In this document: positions 36,378 through 48,170 of the stretch, in pieces
Layout of the letters: each line of letters begins with the position of its first letter
How positions within the stretch are numbered: position 1 is the first letter of the stretch
Source: Pseudovirgaria hyperparasitica
Taxonomy: Eukaryota
NCBI GenBank assembly: GCA_010093815.1
Contig: ML996568.1
Length of the DNA: 64,000 nucleotides
Reading direction: 5' to 3' (one strand)
Translations under genes and position numbers: made by a program
The notes under the pieces: generated by a model
What the model was told of the DNA's origin: nothing
Databases searched by the model: none
What the model saw: only the letters and a program-made list of their open reading frames with translations

Positions 36378-37259
36378 TCATGAAGTGTTAGTAAGCTTGG
36401 CTGCATACCTAGATAACGCTACCTCAATCAGGTTCTCACGCGACAAGGATCCTGTTTGTCTATATATGCCGCCGCTGGTGTCGCATGGGGGACCTCGCTG
36501 CAGTGACATCTTGGGCTCGCTGTCGATGACTAAATGCTTGAATTCGTATCCGAATTTGTGGGTCGATATTAATAAGTTGATCAGTAGCAAGGCCAAGGCA
36601 GGCGTTGATCGCGATCCAAGGCCCACAATTGCATGGTTGACGAATCCTCCAGCAATATGCTGCGCATCAGAAGCATACAAGATCCATGTTACACTTCCGT
36701 AAATCACCAATTTCCGGCCAGAAACTCTAATAGATCTGGGCAAGATATCCCTCGCTTCGATCCACTACTGCCCAACGCATGGATCGTTATAAAGAGTGGC
36801 GAGCTCGTCTGTACTTGGGCCAAGTTTGGTACCTACCCATTTGAGATAACAGTGGTCTTCAATCAATTTGCCATCGTAATTGTGGCCGAAGTCGCATTGT
36901 GTAACACATTTCTAGAGACTTTGGCCGGTGTAAGTAATATACTTGCACCCATTTAAAGCTGACTCGAACAGATCCTCGAGCGTAAGGCATCCGAGTGAAA
37001 CCGTGGTTCTTCTCTGTGGAAGACGAAATATTAGCGTCACCATGGTGGCAGATTCGTGGTTTTCTACGCTTAGACATGCCTATCTGGCGTTCCCGGAAGG
37101 CCTGATTTCATATGTGCCAGTCTCAACAGCGGTACATGTAGAATCATCCCCTGTGGAAAACTTCTGAAGCTGACGAACTTGGACGCGGTATAGCATGTTT
37201 GGCATGGGAAATGAGGTCGCCGTAGTCGTGGCAATCGAAGTCCTCACCTCTTGTGGCAT
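36378..37259 (-). pseudogene. Probable disrupted gene of unknown function (one frame, three internal TAG)
   Basis: ORFs 37080..37337 and 36378..36743 share a frame. Manual translation from ATG 37259 shows TAG only at 37080-37082, 36912-36914 and 36765-36767 over about 294 codons. Confidence 0.5.
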
Positions 37260-37593
37260 TGGAATGGTGTTCCTATGTAAGATGTTGCAGCACTGGCTAC
37301 TTGTCTTACTGGGCGAAATCACGACAACGTCAAGCATGTATTCAGAATATGATATGTTAATGCATTCAGAATCGTGGTATTTCTATACCCGATTCCATTG
37401 CTGCTGTGTCCTTTGGGACTTTTCTGTGCGGTTCGACGATCTCGATACAGTTGAGATTTATGCTTTTTGAGACTTTGTTGCTTATGAACTTCGCTCATTT
37501 CGCGCGCGACCTGTCTCTATTCGAGACTTTCCTCCTCCAGTGCTTGCTCTTCTTCCTACGATTCTCTTCTTTGAGCTACGTCCCTCTTCAAGA

Positions 37594-39451
37594 CTACTCA
37601 TCGGCCTTCGATCGGGTACTATACGAGCGCAGTCTACGGTTAGCCTTTACCTTGACCTTGGCCTCGAGCTTGGACTCGAGCTTGACCTTGGACTTTGCCT
37701 TGGCCTCACCACGACGCGCCACGGGGGTAGAGCCGACGCGCAGAGAGCGAAGACGACGCGTAGCAGAGCCATAGGGGGCAGTAGGCGAATTGTCAGAGCC
37801 GCTGCTGGCGAAAGACTCAGACAGCTCAGGCGACAAGTCAGGCCCGCATGGCAAGTCGATGGGAGCACCACCATTGAAGGTGTGCGCATGGTACAAGAGC
37901 TCAGGTACTTGGCTGAGCTTATACTTTTTCTGGTTCTCGTATGCCCAGCGGATCAGCATGGTCAGGTCCGAGGTGATCTTAGGCCAGAGCTTGACGTTTC
38001 GTCCAAAGTCTGCGAGCCTGGCATCGACGGGCACGGAGACGCGGTGCTCGCTGGTCTCAGCGGTCATAAATTGCTTGGTCGAGAGCGTCAACTGGTCTGG
38101 AGTGGGTGCAGGGGCTGTACCCGCCTTCACGGCTGCGCGCCAGGTGTTGAGGCGGAACCGATCGTCGCTTTCGACGGTAGTGTTGGAGCCGATGACGGCA
38201 AGGCCACCGCGCATCAGCTGGCGAGTGACTGTGGATAGATATGCGTACGACTGTTCTTCAGTGCGATGGGTGCTTTGAACGGCGGCAATATCAGTAGGAC
38301 CCCAGCCACGGTATATGAGGCGGGCAGCGAGTTTATGACGGACGAGTAAGTTGGGGAAGAACCTAGAAGGCAGCGTCAGTGTCTGAGAGTTAAGATGTAT
38401 GGATGGTCAAGAGGAAGTGGAAACGATACGTGATCAACTCTTCGTCTGTAATTTCCATTTCCGGCAAGCGAACATTGATGTCGCAAACGCCTTTGTAGAT
38501 ACCAGCTGGACCCGACCTTCCTGGAGTTCCATCGTTTTCAAATTTGATTCTCTGCCTACCGGCTGGGGCAGACTCGGCTTTGTTTCTCTTTTTCTTCTGA
38601 TCTGGGGTCGTGAAACTTTTCTTCTTCTCGGACGTGTTGCGGCGCTTGATCGTAAGCCGAGCACGACTAGATTGTGACATACGCTTTGGCGTGATTGACG
38701 TATCTGAGCCACCCTGACGACTTAGAGTGGGTGTCGATGGAGCTGGATCGTCCACTGGTGTCGAGTAATTTGAAGGGCCTACTGGTGCTGTGTCAACGTC
38801 CATCCAATAGTTCACATCTTCCTCCGCCTGACCTAAAGCAAACAGATCATCATCGTCAAGCTCTCCTCGCTCGTCACAATAAAGTCCCGGATCAAAATCG
38901 TTATCAGGTTGAAGAGCAGTATGGAGACGTTGGTGGGCCGACGAAGTTGCAAAGTTTGGATTGACAGTAGCTCTGGTGATCTGATATGGTGGCTCCCATC
39001 TGATTGCGTTGACAAACGTAGGTTCCGGGGTTTTGATACCCCCCAATTGCGAGTTGCCCGCATCGACGGGTGGTTTCACGTCTGGAAAGAAATTGCTGGA
39101 TTGGTCGTCGTACGTCTGACCGTAAGTATTGTTGGAGGGTAGACTAAGACATTGTCCATCCGAGTAGGAGACTTTAGAGAGGTCTCCATCGTACGTTTCA
39201 TCGAGGAAATGACTTTGAGTCTGCTCATACTTTGGAAGGATGTCTTCAGCGCGGGTCGTAACGTGAGCTGGAATATACCCCTGTGGACTCTGGGGATAGG
39301 CAGCACCAAAATTCGCGTCATAAGTCGTCTGGGGAAAAGTTTGCTCGTAGTTTTGCGCTGAACGGCGATCATACTCGCCGGGCTTCGTGGTGAATGGATC
39401 TTCAAGAGGATCTTCCTGGTTATAGCTTGTGCCAAAATTGTTGAAGGACAT
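37594..39451 (-). CDS. Hypothetical protein (disordered N-half, basic NLS-like patch, globular C-part), 2 exons
   Basis: ORFs 38390..39451 and 37594..38214 are joined in frame by intron 38363-38429 (GTATCG...CTGAC...CTAG), giving LPEMEITDEELIT/FFPNLLVRHKLAARL. Confidence 0.75.
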
Positions 39452-41067
39452 GATTAAGAGACAATGAGCGACTATTCAAGTGAAGTAAGCCCAAAATAGA
39501 AGACACGATGAAGCTCGGAGCGTTAATGTAAGTCCATGAAAGTATGAGAGTGCGGAAGAACGAAGTTGGACCGTGGAACTGGGTTTGTTGTGATTCACGT
39601 GTGCGGTGTTGCCAGGCCGTAACCCCTAAGCGCGTAATCGATCCGGCAAATACAATCACCGAAGCGATGTCAACGTCAAATTGTAGCTTAGCGTTAAAAT
39701 TCCAGTCTGATGTATGACGTTATGAGCCGTGGTTAAACAGTGTCAATTACAGTCGTTCGTGATGACCGCAAGCTATTCACGCTGGTTTCACCAATCTATT
39801 CATACCCGGAGCTCCCAATCAGGCCCGGCATACATTCATGGTCACTTCTGGAACACATAGGTTTCAATGAAGCTGGTTTTGATCGATTTAAAGAAGCAAA
39901 TAGGTTGCGTGTGTTTGTCTCTCGTAAGAGTCTACCCAGACTAAAACTGCCTTACGCTCAGCAAACACTATCACATCAATGTCGTTTCATTCTAATGTGA
40001 AGATACCACCACTGAATCTATTTCCTATTAGTTCTCGGGCACCATCAAAGTCGTTTCTTACCTAATCTTACACGCGAGACAGTAATACCAAAGCTCACAG
40101 CCACGATATACGATTCTAAACCGTTTCGACCCCCTATAAAGAGGCTGGATCGATTTCACGTCGACTATGACCTCCCGACTACTTGAGGTTGAACAAAGAC
40201 AGTATGTAGTCAGTGAGAGGACTTCATTACAGGTGGTGATTTCGAAACAGCATTCACTGCTTGCATACCTTGTTTTATGTCTAACAAAGAAAAAAGTGTC
40301 GATACTTGACATATATGAAAGATGCCTTACTGAAGCTTTCTTAGTCGACATGAGTTCAAGTTAGACGAAGTAGAACAGTAAGTTTGAATTCAAACTCCTG
40401 GCCTAACTCAGGGTCTACTAATGAAATTACGCTACAGATGGCTTGCGGTTCAACATAGTCCCGTTTAACAACGCAGCGGCTGTCATGCTCACGAAGAACT
40501 TGCGTATGATGACGAGAAGATCTACTCTCAGTAGCTACGGCTGGTGTGAGCATGAATCGATGATGGGTTGTATATGGTAGTGAGTCGTTCTCGTCCCCTG
40601 TAGAGCATCAGTCTAGGGAGAGTAGCACACGACTCTGACAGAGACATTCTTAGCTATAGATGAAGCATACAATTCTGGAATTTATAGAAGGACGACGGCA
40701 GATCTCTTCATTGATTTCACGAGCTCTTGACCGATTGAAACAGTCTGGCAAACCTCAGCGAGTTCGTCTTCCTGTTCATAGAGTATCGGAATATAGATTC
40801 GGCGCGCTGAACTATTCATCGAAAGCATGTCGCCAAACAATGCCAGCGTTCAATGCTTTGTGTCTGAGACTTAAGGCGCAGTCGGCGCAACACAACGCTC
40901 ATAACATTGCCATTGCAGGATGAGTCAAAATGAGGACACTGTGTGCTCGAGGCCTGAACTTACAAAAGAGCGCTTCGACTCTGTGGACCTTTCGCTTCTC
41001 ATACCCAAAGAGCAGGCTCATATATTACCAGCAAGCACGATATTCTTCTACTCCCTCACACTCAGAG

Positions 41068-41307
41068 ATGCCAGCCATTCACAGAACGATGCTAGATGAC
41101 ATTATACTGTCGCTTTCGGATGTAATGATTAGTTCCCGGACTGACGGCGTCCGTGTGCGAGCTAGCCCGGAGGACGATCGCAATGCGAATAAAGCGATCT
41201 GGGCGGCATCGAGTGTGGCCATTGTTGGTATTGTATTTTTTATAATCTACATTGTCTTGACTAGAAGATGTTGTTGTCATAATGGCGGCAGGAGCTTGAA
41301 AGCTTGA
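41068..41307 (+). CDS. Possible small single-pass membrane protein (79 aa)
   Basis: Hydrophobic stretch AIWAASSVAIVGIVFFIIYIVLT followed by RRCCC (positive-inside pattern and Cys cluster); no recognised homology. Confidence 0.4.
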   Translation: MPAIHRTMLDDIILSLSDVMISSRTDGVRVRASPEDDRNANKAIWAASSVAIVGIVFFIIYIVLTRRCCCHNGGRSLKA

Positions 41308-42178
41308 AAAGCGCAATAGAGAAATACAGAGAAATGACAATGGCTTCTTCAATCAGGTAGCAGGTCAGTGCATATTCGGCCATTCTTCCTAGCTTTCGAT
41401 CCTTAATCGCACGACATTTCTCCATTTACAGACCCCATCTCTTCATGCTGCTGACATCTACTAATGTTATTGCAGCGTTGTGTCAGGACCTCTCGCGTTC
41501 CACCATTCACCTTCTACATGTACCGGAAAGCCTGGGGAACATGACCTGTATCTTGAAACTTGGATCACGCAATGGCAAGGAGAGGCGCCTCCTATACATA
41601 ATCATTTACCGTCCCTCACAACCGAAAAAATAGGGAGCATAGAATCGATCGTGCGCGAAACATGGGCCGCGTATATCAATGGAGGCAAAATATGGATGGC
41701 AACTAATTATGCGTTTCGCGCTCACCGAAGGATGAGGAGTCGGGGATTCGAGCAGGGGTGTGTGTCACACTCTTGTTTAATATCAGATGATGGAAAAGAT
41801 ACGAAGAAGCACCGCCATGCAGCACATCATCACGCTTTGAGCAGCATGCATGCAGAACCCTGTACGTCATTCATGTACCAAGACCACCAAGAGATGTACC
41901 TGCCATTCGGCTTCATATATGGCAGGTAAGTCTCATATCGATATTGTGGTGTGGCAAGCGATGGATGGACGTTTGAGAAAAAGAAGTGCCGAGGTAATGT
42001 GCCGCCAGGTTGCCAAGTGCTAGCCAAAGGGAGTACGAGTACCTATGTACCTTTGGAGACTCGTTGTATCTGTCTTGCCCTGCTCAAGACGGCAATAAGG
42101 GACGAGGAAGATTGACTATTGGGGGTCGGGGGAAAGGCAGCGTCATAATATAGATAGCCGAATTGACTATATACGAAG

Positions 42179-42647
42179 ATCAGATAATTATAATCGTCAT
42201 CCTTTAACCACGTTGAGACTCACTCTTCACTCTCCAGCCTAAGGATCCGCCAAGGTGAGCTTGACACGGGGTTATGGACGAGTGACAAGCAGAAGCCACC
42301 ATGATCCACCACCACACCCAGTCGAGACTAGTCCCGTTTGAGTACTATTGCCGCTTTATATTATGGATCTCAATGCAGGATATCTGATCTTATGGCCCCG
42401 AAACTGTATCAACCCAAGTACTGCGTCAGTTGTCAATTGAAATTTTTAGCTATGTCGTATCCAGCACTACTACTCAAACAAGCAATCTGTTTACCTAAAC
42501 TAGCAGGAGATGTTTCCTTAGGCTGTTTGAAATGCACCTGCCGCTCTCGAATTGCCGCGAGACGGCACCACTACCTATACCATGTAGACCCACAGCGTGC
42601 ACGCCAATGTGGCATGATAAGATATAATTTTTCCCATCTTATCTGAT
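42179..42647. promoter_or_regulatory. Two SreA-type iron-repression GATA elements (ATCWGATAA)
   Basis: ATCAGATAA at 42179-42187 (+) and TTATCTGAT at 42639-42647 (-), plus GATAAG at about 42616 and CCAAT at 42604, upstream of the ferric reductase. Confidence 0.7.
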
Positions 42648-42780
42648 CGTGGACGTAGTGTATTTACTTACACTGCTTGCTCCCTCAGTTTTGGTACAAA
42701 GGAGAATCTCTGGACTAGGACCTACAGTCTGTTACGGGCTCTATCTCTGGATTCGCAGATATAACAAAATTACTCACAAG

Positions 42781-44496
42781 ATGGCATCCGCAAGCTCCCC
42801 AGCAAAGGCCCAGCGCCAAAAAGACAACGAGCATATTGCAGTGTACTTCGCTGTCGGTGTCCTCGCCCTCATTGTACTACTCTCTATAGTCCACTGGACC
42901 TCTTTCCTTCTTCAACGGCAGTCTTCGCGGAGATCAAACACTAAAACGGACCCATCACAGTGCGTTCTCTCCATGCTGGTTTCCATACACACAGCTAATC
43001 ACCACAGACGTCTTCGTCGCCTCTTGCTCACCCCTATCCCCATTTTCAAAACCCTTCCCAATGCCCTGCTCTTCCTGGCCTACCTCGCCATCAATATATC
43101 CCTCTGCTTCTCCCGCATCCCTTGGCCGGACTCTTCAAAGCGCCTCATCTGGTTTGCAAAACGCGCGGGCTGGGTGACAGCCATAAATATGGCTCTCACA
43201 ACACTCCTCAGCCTCCGCAACACGCCCCTTTCCCTGCTCACTGGCGCAAGCTACGAGCGCCTCCGGCCCTTGCACAACTTCGCCGGCTATACGACCGCCG
43301 TCCTCCTGTGCATGCACGCAGTCCCATACATCGTTTACTATCACCTCCGCGACAGCCTCGCCGAGGACTTCGACGCCGAGCACGTGGCAAACAGAATGGG
43401 CGCCGTTGCTGGCGTCGCCATGCTGCTGACGGTGCTCGCCGCCACAACGCTGCGCAGACTGCACTACGAGCTGTTCTACATCGCCCACGTCGTCCTCTTC
43501 CTCGTGATCATCGTGACTTATGCTCTGCACCGACCCAAGATCGCAACCCACAGCGTCTACATCGCCATCTTCGCAGCTGCTATCTGGTTCCTTGATAGGC
43601 TGATCCGTGCCGTCACGCTCCTGATTTCACTCCCCAACAACACCGCGACGATCCACCCGCTACCAAACGACGCTGTGCGTGTGACGCTGGCGAAAACGCC
43701 CTCCTGGTCGTTCGCGTCGCTGGGAACCACGGCCACGGCCACCTCCGGTCAGCACGTATACCTTTACGTGCCCGCCATTCGCGCATTCGAGACGCACCCA
43801 TTCACGCTCTCTAGCAAGACGCCCGCGAGCCTTGTGCTCAAGGCCCACGACGGGTTTACGCGCGCCCTTCACGAATACGCCGTTGCGCATCCAGGCGCTA
43901 TACTGCGCGCCGGCGTCGACGGTCCATACGGCAAATTGCCACATTTCAGTGCCTACGACAAGGTTGTTCTGTTCGCTGGCGGGAGCGGTGCGACTTTCAC
44001 ATTTGGTGTTATCAGCGCGCTGGAACCTGCTGTAAGGGTGGATTTCATATGGACAATTCGCCATAGCGACAACATGACCTGGTTCTCTACGCAGCTCGCA
44101 GTGCTTCGCGCCAACCCGTCGATCCGAGTGCATGTGTATGTCACCAGCCAAGTCGAAAGGACACGGAGCAGTAGCCCCGAATTTGAGAAATCGGCACATG
44201 TAGACGTACCGACGCCGACGTCGGATGTTGAGAAGAATGTGGGTGGAGATATCGAGAAGAGTATGCCGGAATTAGGAGTGGAGAGTTCCGTCGGCGAAGA
44301 GGTGCGGTATGGACGACCGGATATCGATGCTTTGGTGAAGCGCGCTGTTGGTGAGATGAGTGCTGGGCAAAGAGTAATTGTGGCGTCGTGTGGGCCCCAG
44401 GGACTGATGAGGGACGTCAAGGAGGCGACAAGGGGGGTGATGAGATCGGAGTCAGGGGTCAGCGTTCAGCTTTATGAAGAGGCCTTTGAATGGTGA
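42781..44496 (+). CDS. Ferric/cupric reductase transmembrane component (FRE family)
   Basis: TM helices with heme His residues (LHNFAG, CMHAV, YELFYIAH, LHRP), GQHVYL, HPFT FAD motif, DGPYG, AGGSG, CGP, EAFEW end; probable 48-nt intron 42960-43007. Confidence 0.93.
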   Translation: MASASSPAKAQRQKDNEHIAVYFAVGVLALIVLLSIVHWTSFLLQRQSSRRSNTKTDPSQCVLSMLVSIHTANHHRRLRRLLLTPIPIFKTLPNALLFLAYLAINISLCFSRIPWPDSSKRLIWFAKRAGWVTAINMALTTLLSLRNTPLSLLTGASYERLRPLHNFAGYTTAVLLCMHAVPYIVYYHLRDSLAEDFDAEHVANRMGAVAGVAMLLTVLAATTLRRLHYELFYIAHVVLFLVIIVTYALHRPKIATHSVYIAIFAAAIWFLDRLIRAVTLLISLPNNTATIHPLPNDAVRVTLAKTPSWSFASLGTTATATSGQHVYLYVPAIRAFETHPFTLSSKTPASLVLKAHDGFTRALHEYAVAHPGAILRAGVDGPYGKLPHFSAYDKVVLFAGGSGATFTFGVISALEPAVRVDFIWTIRHSDNMTWFSTQLAVLRANPSIRVHVYVTSQVERTRSSSPEFEKSAHVDVPTPTSDVEKNVGGDIEKSMPELGVESSVGEEVRYGRPDIDALVKRAVGEMSAGQRVIVASCGPQGLMRDVKEATRGVMRSESGVSVQLYEEAFEW

Positions 44497-44746
44497 GGCT
44501 GTATGATGTTTATGAGGAGCTAGGAACGAAATAGTGATACATGATAGACTGTAGATAGAACTTATCTTGTGGGAAGGAGTATTTCCTGTGTAGCGGATAT
44601 CATGAATAGGCTTAGGGCGAGCACGACTTCGAAAGTTGTTACATAGGGATGTATCATAAATTCAAGATCCAACACTAAAGCTGTCAGCCAAATAACTTGT
44701 CTCCAATGCTATTCGCAAACATAAGAAATTCTCCTCAACACCCACC

Positions 44747-47700
44747 TCAGCCCTCCATGAACGCCTTCCAATTCGTCTCCATCCTCTCTTTACCCAGCCC
44801 GACAAGGCCATCACCTTCTTTCCACGCTTCCCATCTTGCCATGCCGTACAAATGTCTCATCGTTGGCCTCCCGTGCGGGCAATTCCATGGTTTCTCAAGC
44901 TCGCCCATGTGCCTTACAATCCTCTCCATCTGGCTCGGTGTCATTGTCTTGCCAACCATTACACTGCTTCGGCATGCGCGCATGGCGAGCAAGCGACGCA
45001 CCTTTGCCGGGCGGGGTATCTCATTTCCGACCCTCTCGCTCAGCAGAACCAGTAACTCCTCGAGGTCGGCCGGGGTGAAGGTTACCTCACGACTCGTGGG
45101 AAGTGTTAGGAGGGAGCAGCGGCGACCAACGGGCAAGGTACCAGAGGTGTCGATGGATATCTGGAATCCGTTGGCGACGAGTGCTTGGGTGTTATTGTCG
45201 ATAATCTCTTCCTCAATAGCAGTGAGGCATAGGGGATGCGGATGGACGAGACGTTGCGGCGTGAGTATGGTGGCCTGTTGCAAACGCTCAAAGTTATATT
45301 TCTCATCGGACGCGTGTTGGTCGATGATGAAGAGCTCGTCGGCGAGAGTGTTGCCGCCAGGACGCATAGCAAGGATGAAGCCTAGGTTGAACTGGCCTAG
45401 TATGCGCATTCGATGGAAGTCGGACTTCGAGACTGTAAGGGATAGTTTCTCTTCTGCGTCGCTGTCGACGAAAAGGCCTTCTCCGCTGGGCTCTCTGGTG
45501 AGAGCCTGCTTCATTAGGTCTTGCTGCGTGGTCTCAATCTGGAGCAGCACGTGTTGTAGGTTTGAAAAGTCTATCGGTATCGTCTGGACGAGGCCAAGTG
45601 TGGAGAATTTCTTCGTTGGTCCTTTCAGCACTTTCGTGGCTCGCTTCAGATTATCCTGTGTTGGTTTCGCCATGGCTTGTTCTGCTTTGGCAATCAATGA
45701 GGCAACCCTAGCTTCTTCTCTCGCCTTCTTCTCACTTTCGTCAATGTATTCGTCATCAGAGTCGTTGTTTGGATTCGGTGCTTCGTTCACTTCAGATTCG
45801 CTGCCAGGCTGAGGGTCGACCTCATCATCGCTAACTTGTGTGTCTTCGTGAAGCCTAGCAGTAGAAGCAAGTAAGGAATCTTTGCTTGCCACAGTCAACC
45901 GAGAGTGGTCAAGATCAGTATCATCTTCTGTGTCACTTGCGACATTGTGGACTTCTTCGTCATCATAATCCTGTGAGTTGGGAAACCTGGCCCCAGGAGC
46001 GGCGAATTCGCGCAAGCTCTTGAACAGAAGAGGACTTCTAGTATCGCGACTGCCCGGCTGTCCCTTCGGAGTGTGTATCCTTCGTCGCTTGTATGGAGCA
46101 CTGCCCACTGTTGTCTCTATCGTTTCGCCCCCGATAGTAATTGTAGCTGTTTCCATTGGAGTGCGTTTAGGTCGCATGCGGTCGAAAGCAGATTGTACAG
46201 GTCCGGGAGTGGACAAGGTAGGTCTTTGCTTGATTGCCGGGATATCTTCCTCGTCAGAAGACGGCGGAGAAGAAGGGGACTTTGGTAATTCCATCATCTG
46301 CTTGGCATGCTGGCTAGCAATACGAGCATTGAAATCCAATACACGACGAGGAGCACTTTCCGGCGTCGCATCGTTATCATTAGTTGAAGGTAAATTATCA
46401 GAGCTTGATAGAGGCTGCTGCGGTCTCCCTACTTCATGGCTTCTGCCAGCTGACCATGATTTGGTTAGCCGTTCGGTTTCACTTAAAATGGTATTCTGTT
46501 CTGGTATGGGATTCCCTATCTTATTTCGAGTTTCGGAGTTTCTGCCCACGAATTTGTGAATGAGACTTGCAGCATTTATGGGTTGTTCAATTCCTGGTGA
46601 GGAGTTCTCTTGGAGGATTTCTTTAGTCGTGCCTGAAACATCTCTGTCTGCCCTCTCCAGGCCATCACGTATGTTCTCAACAGGAGAGTCGATGTCATAA
46701 TTTTCCGTTGAATCTCTGGGTATTACAGAAAGTGGCCTGAACGGAGGAAGCTTCCTTGCAGACAGTAATTGCGACTGCGGAACACTCTGATCATGAGATT
46801 CGAATAATTCGACAAGGGAGGCCTTCAGAGACTCCAATAATAATGTTTGGTCGTGTAGCATGATAGTTCGTTTATCCGGCGAAACATTGACATCGTAGGC
46901 GTTCGTATCCATGATAAAATTCGCAAAAATGAATGGAGATTGAGTAACATTATATGACTTGTACACCTCGTTGGCAGCCTTGGTGACCTGGGGCAAGCCA
47001 CATGGTCTTGAATTGACAAAAAACATTTGCCGATCAGGCGTCTGTCGGCCTTCCCCTACGACCGGTCGTGAGATATGGCCTACGACTTGAACCCGTCTCG
47101 AAGGATCATCTACCTGTGTTCCCCAATTTCGAGCGCTCTGCGTCGGTCCTTGGCCTGGTTGCATTTCCAGCTTCAAGTCCAAAGGGATGAGTGCAAGCAA
47201 GGTCTTTGCACCATAGACATTTGCAATGTTCTCCTTCGAAGTCGGATTGGCCTTGGTGGAGAACACAGTAGTCTTCTTGCTACATTCTGATGAGTAATAA
47301 TGTATATGCACTCTTCACGTCGACTTACCCTTTGGGCATTTGATTGCTCACAGAGAACTTGACTCCAGTGCTGATGCAGGCATACGCATGCAGTACTCCA
47401 AGAACCTTTCCGTATTCTCTCTTGATGTGTTTTTCCAGTTCTCTCTTCCTTACCGGCAAGTTATAAAATATGTTCGCCACAGAAACGATCGTGCCTTTCG
47501 TACTCGCCACTATCGATGTGTTCTTCAATTTCCCAGAGACCTCGAAGTCCAGCCTGGTTCCTTTCGGGCCATCGCTCGCTCTTGCGGTTACGACGTGGAA
47601 CTCAGCGAGTGCGCACAATGATGAGAGAGCTTCGCCACGAAACCCAAAGGTGGTCAGGCCAGATAGATCATCGTATGAGTTAAGTTTAGAAGTATGATGC

Positions 47701-47970
47701 TTCAGAGCGACGGATTCGAAATCTTCCGGCGCTATACCACCACCATTATCTTGAACTTCAATGGCATCCAAGCCTTGATTCTTGAATCGTATGTCTATGG
47801 AGGTAGCCCCTGCATCGAGACTATTTTCGATGAGCTCTTTGACAACCGAGCATAGGTCGACGATGACTTGGCCGGACTGAATCTGGTGGACCTGAAAGAT
47901 TGTCAGCGAGTCAATGCATACAGCACCATATACTGACAGATCTGCCCTCGATGGGCTTGATGGTGGCCAT
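44747..47970 (-). CDS. PMS1: DNA mismatch repair MutL-alpha endonuclease subunit Pms1 (3 exons)
   Basis: MATIKPIEGRS/VHQIQSGQVI, KELIENSLDAGA, GFRGEAL, DQHASDEKYNFE, ACRSSVMVG, WNCPHGRPT. Confidence 0.97.
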
Positions 47971-48023
47971 ATCAGCCCATGGTGTCGCTGAAGAAAGTAA
48001 GTCCAAATCATGACACGCTAGAT

Positions 48024-48064
48024 GTCGCGTCTTGTTTCTTGCGACACGTCGCGCGATCACGTGC
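48024..48064. promoter_or_regulatory. MCB-like CGCG cluster in the PMS1 promoter
   Basis: CGCGT at 48026-48030, TCGCGCGA at about 48049 and CACGTG at about 48058, within the 200-bp gap before the PMS1 ATG. Confidence 0.4.
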
Positions 48065-48170
48065 ATATGAACAACGAGAAGTCAATAGTCATCCCATACC
48101 TCTTCAATAGACAACACATCGTCAGGAATAAATCGCAGTCTGTATATATTGTATCCACTTGCGACGATTA

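Noticed and set aside
37640..37705. Short degenerate repeats (CTTGGCCTCGAG-like)
   Set aside because: They encode the low-complexity KAKSKVKLESKLEAKVK tail of the hypothetical protein; not a CRISPR array or mobile element.
44697..45812. 371-aa + strand ORF
   Set aside because: Antisense shadow of the PMS1 C-terminal coding region.
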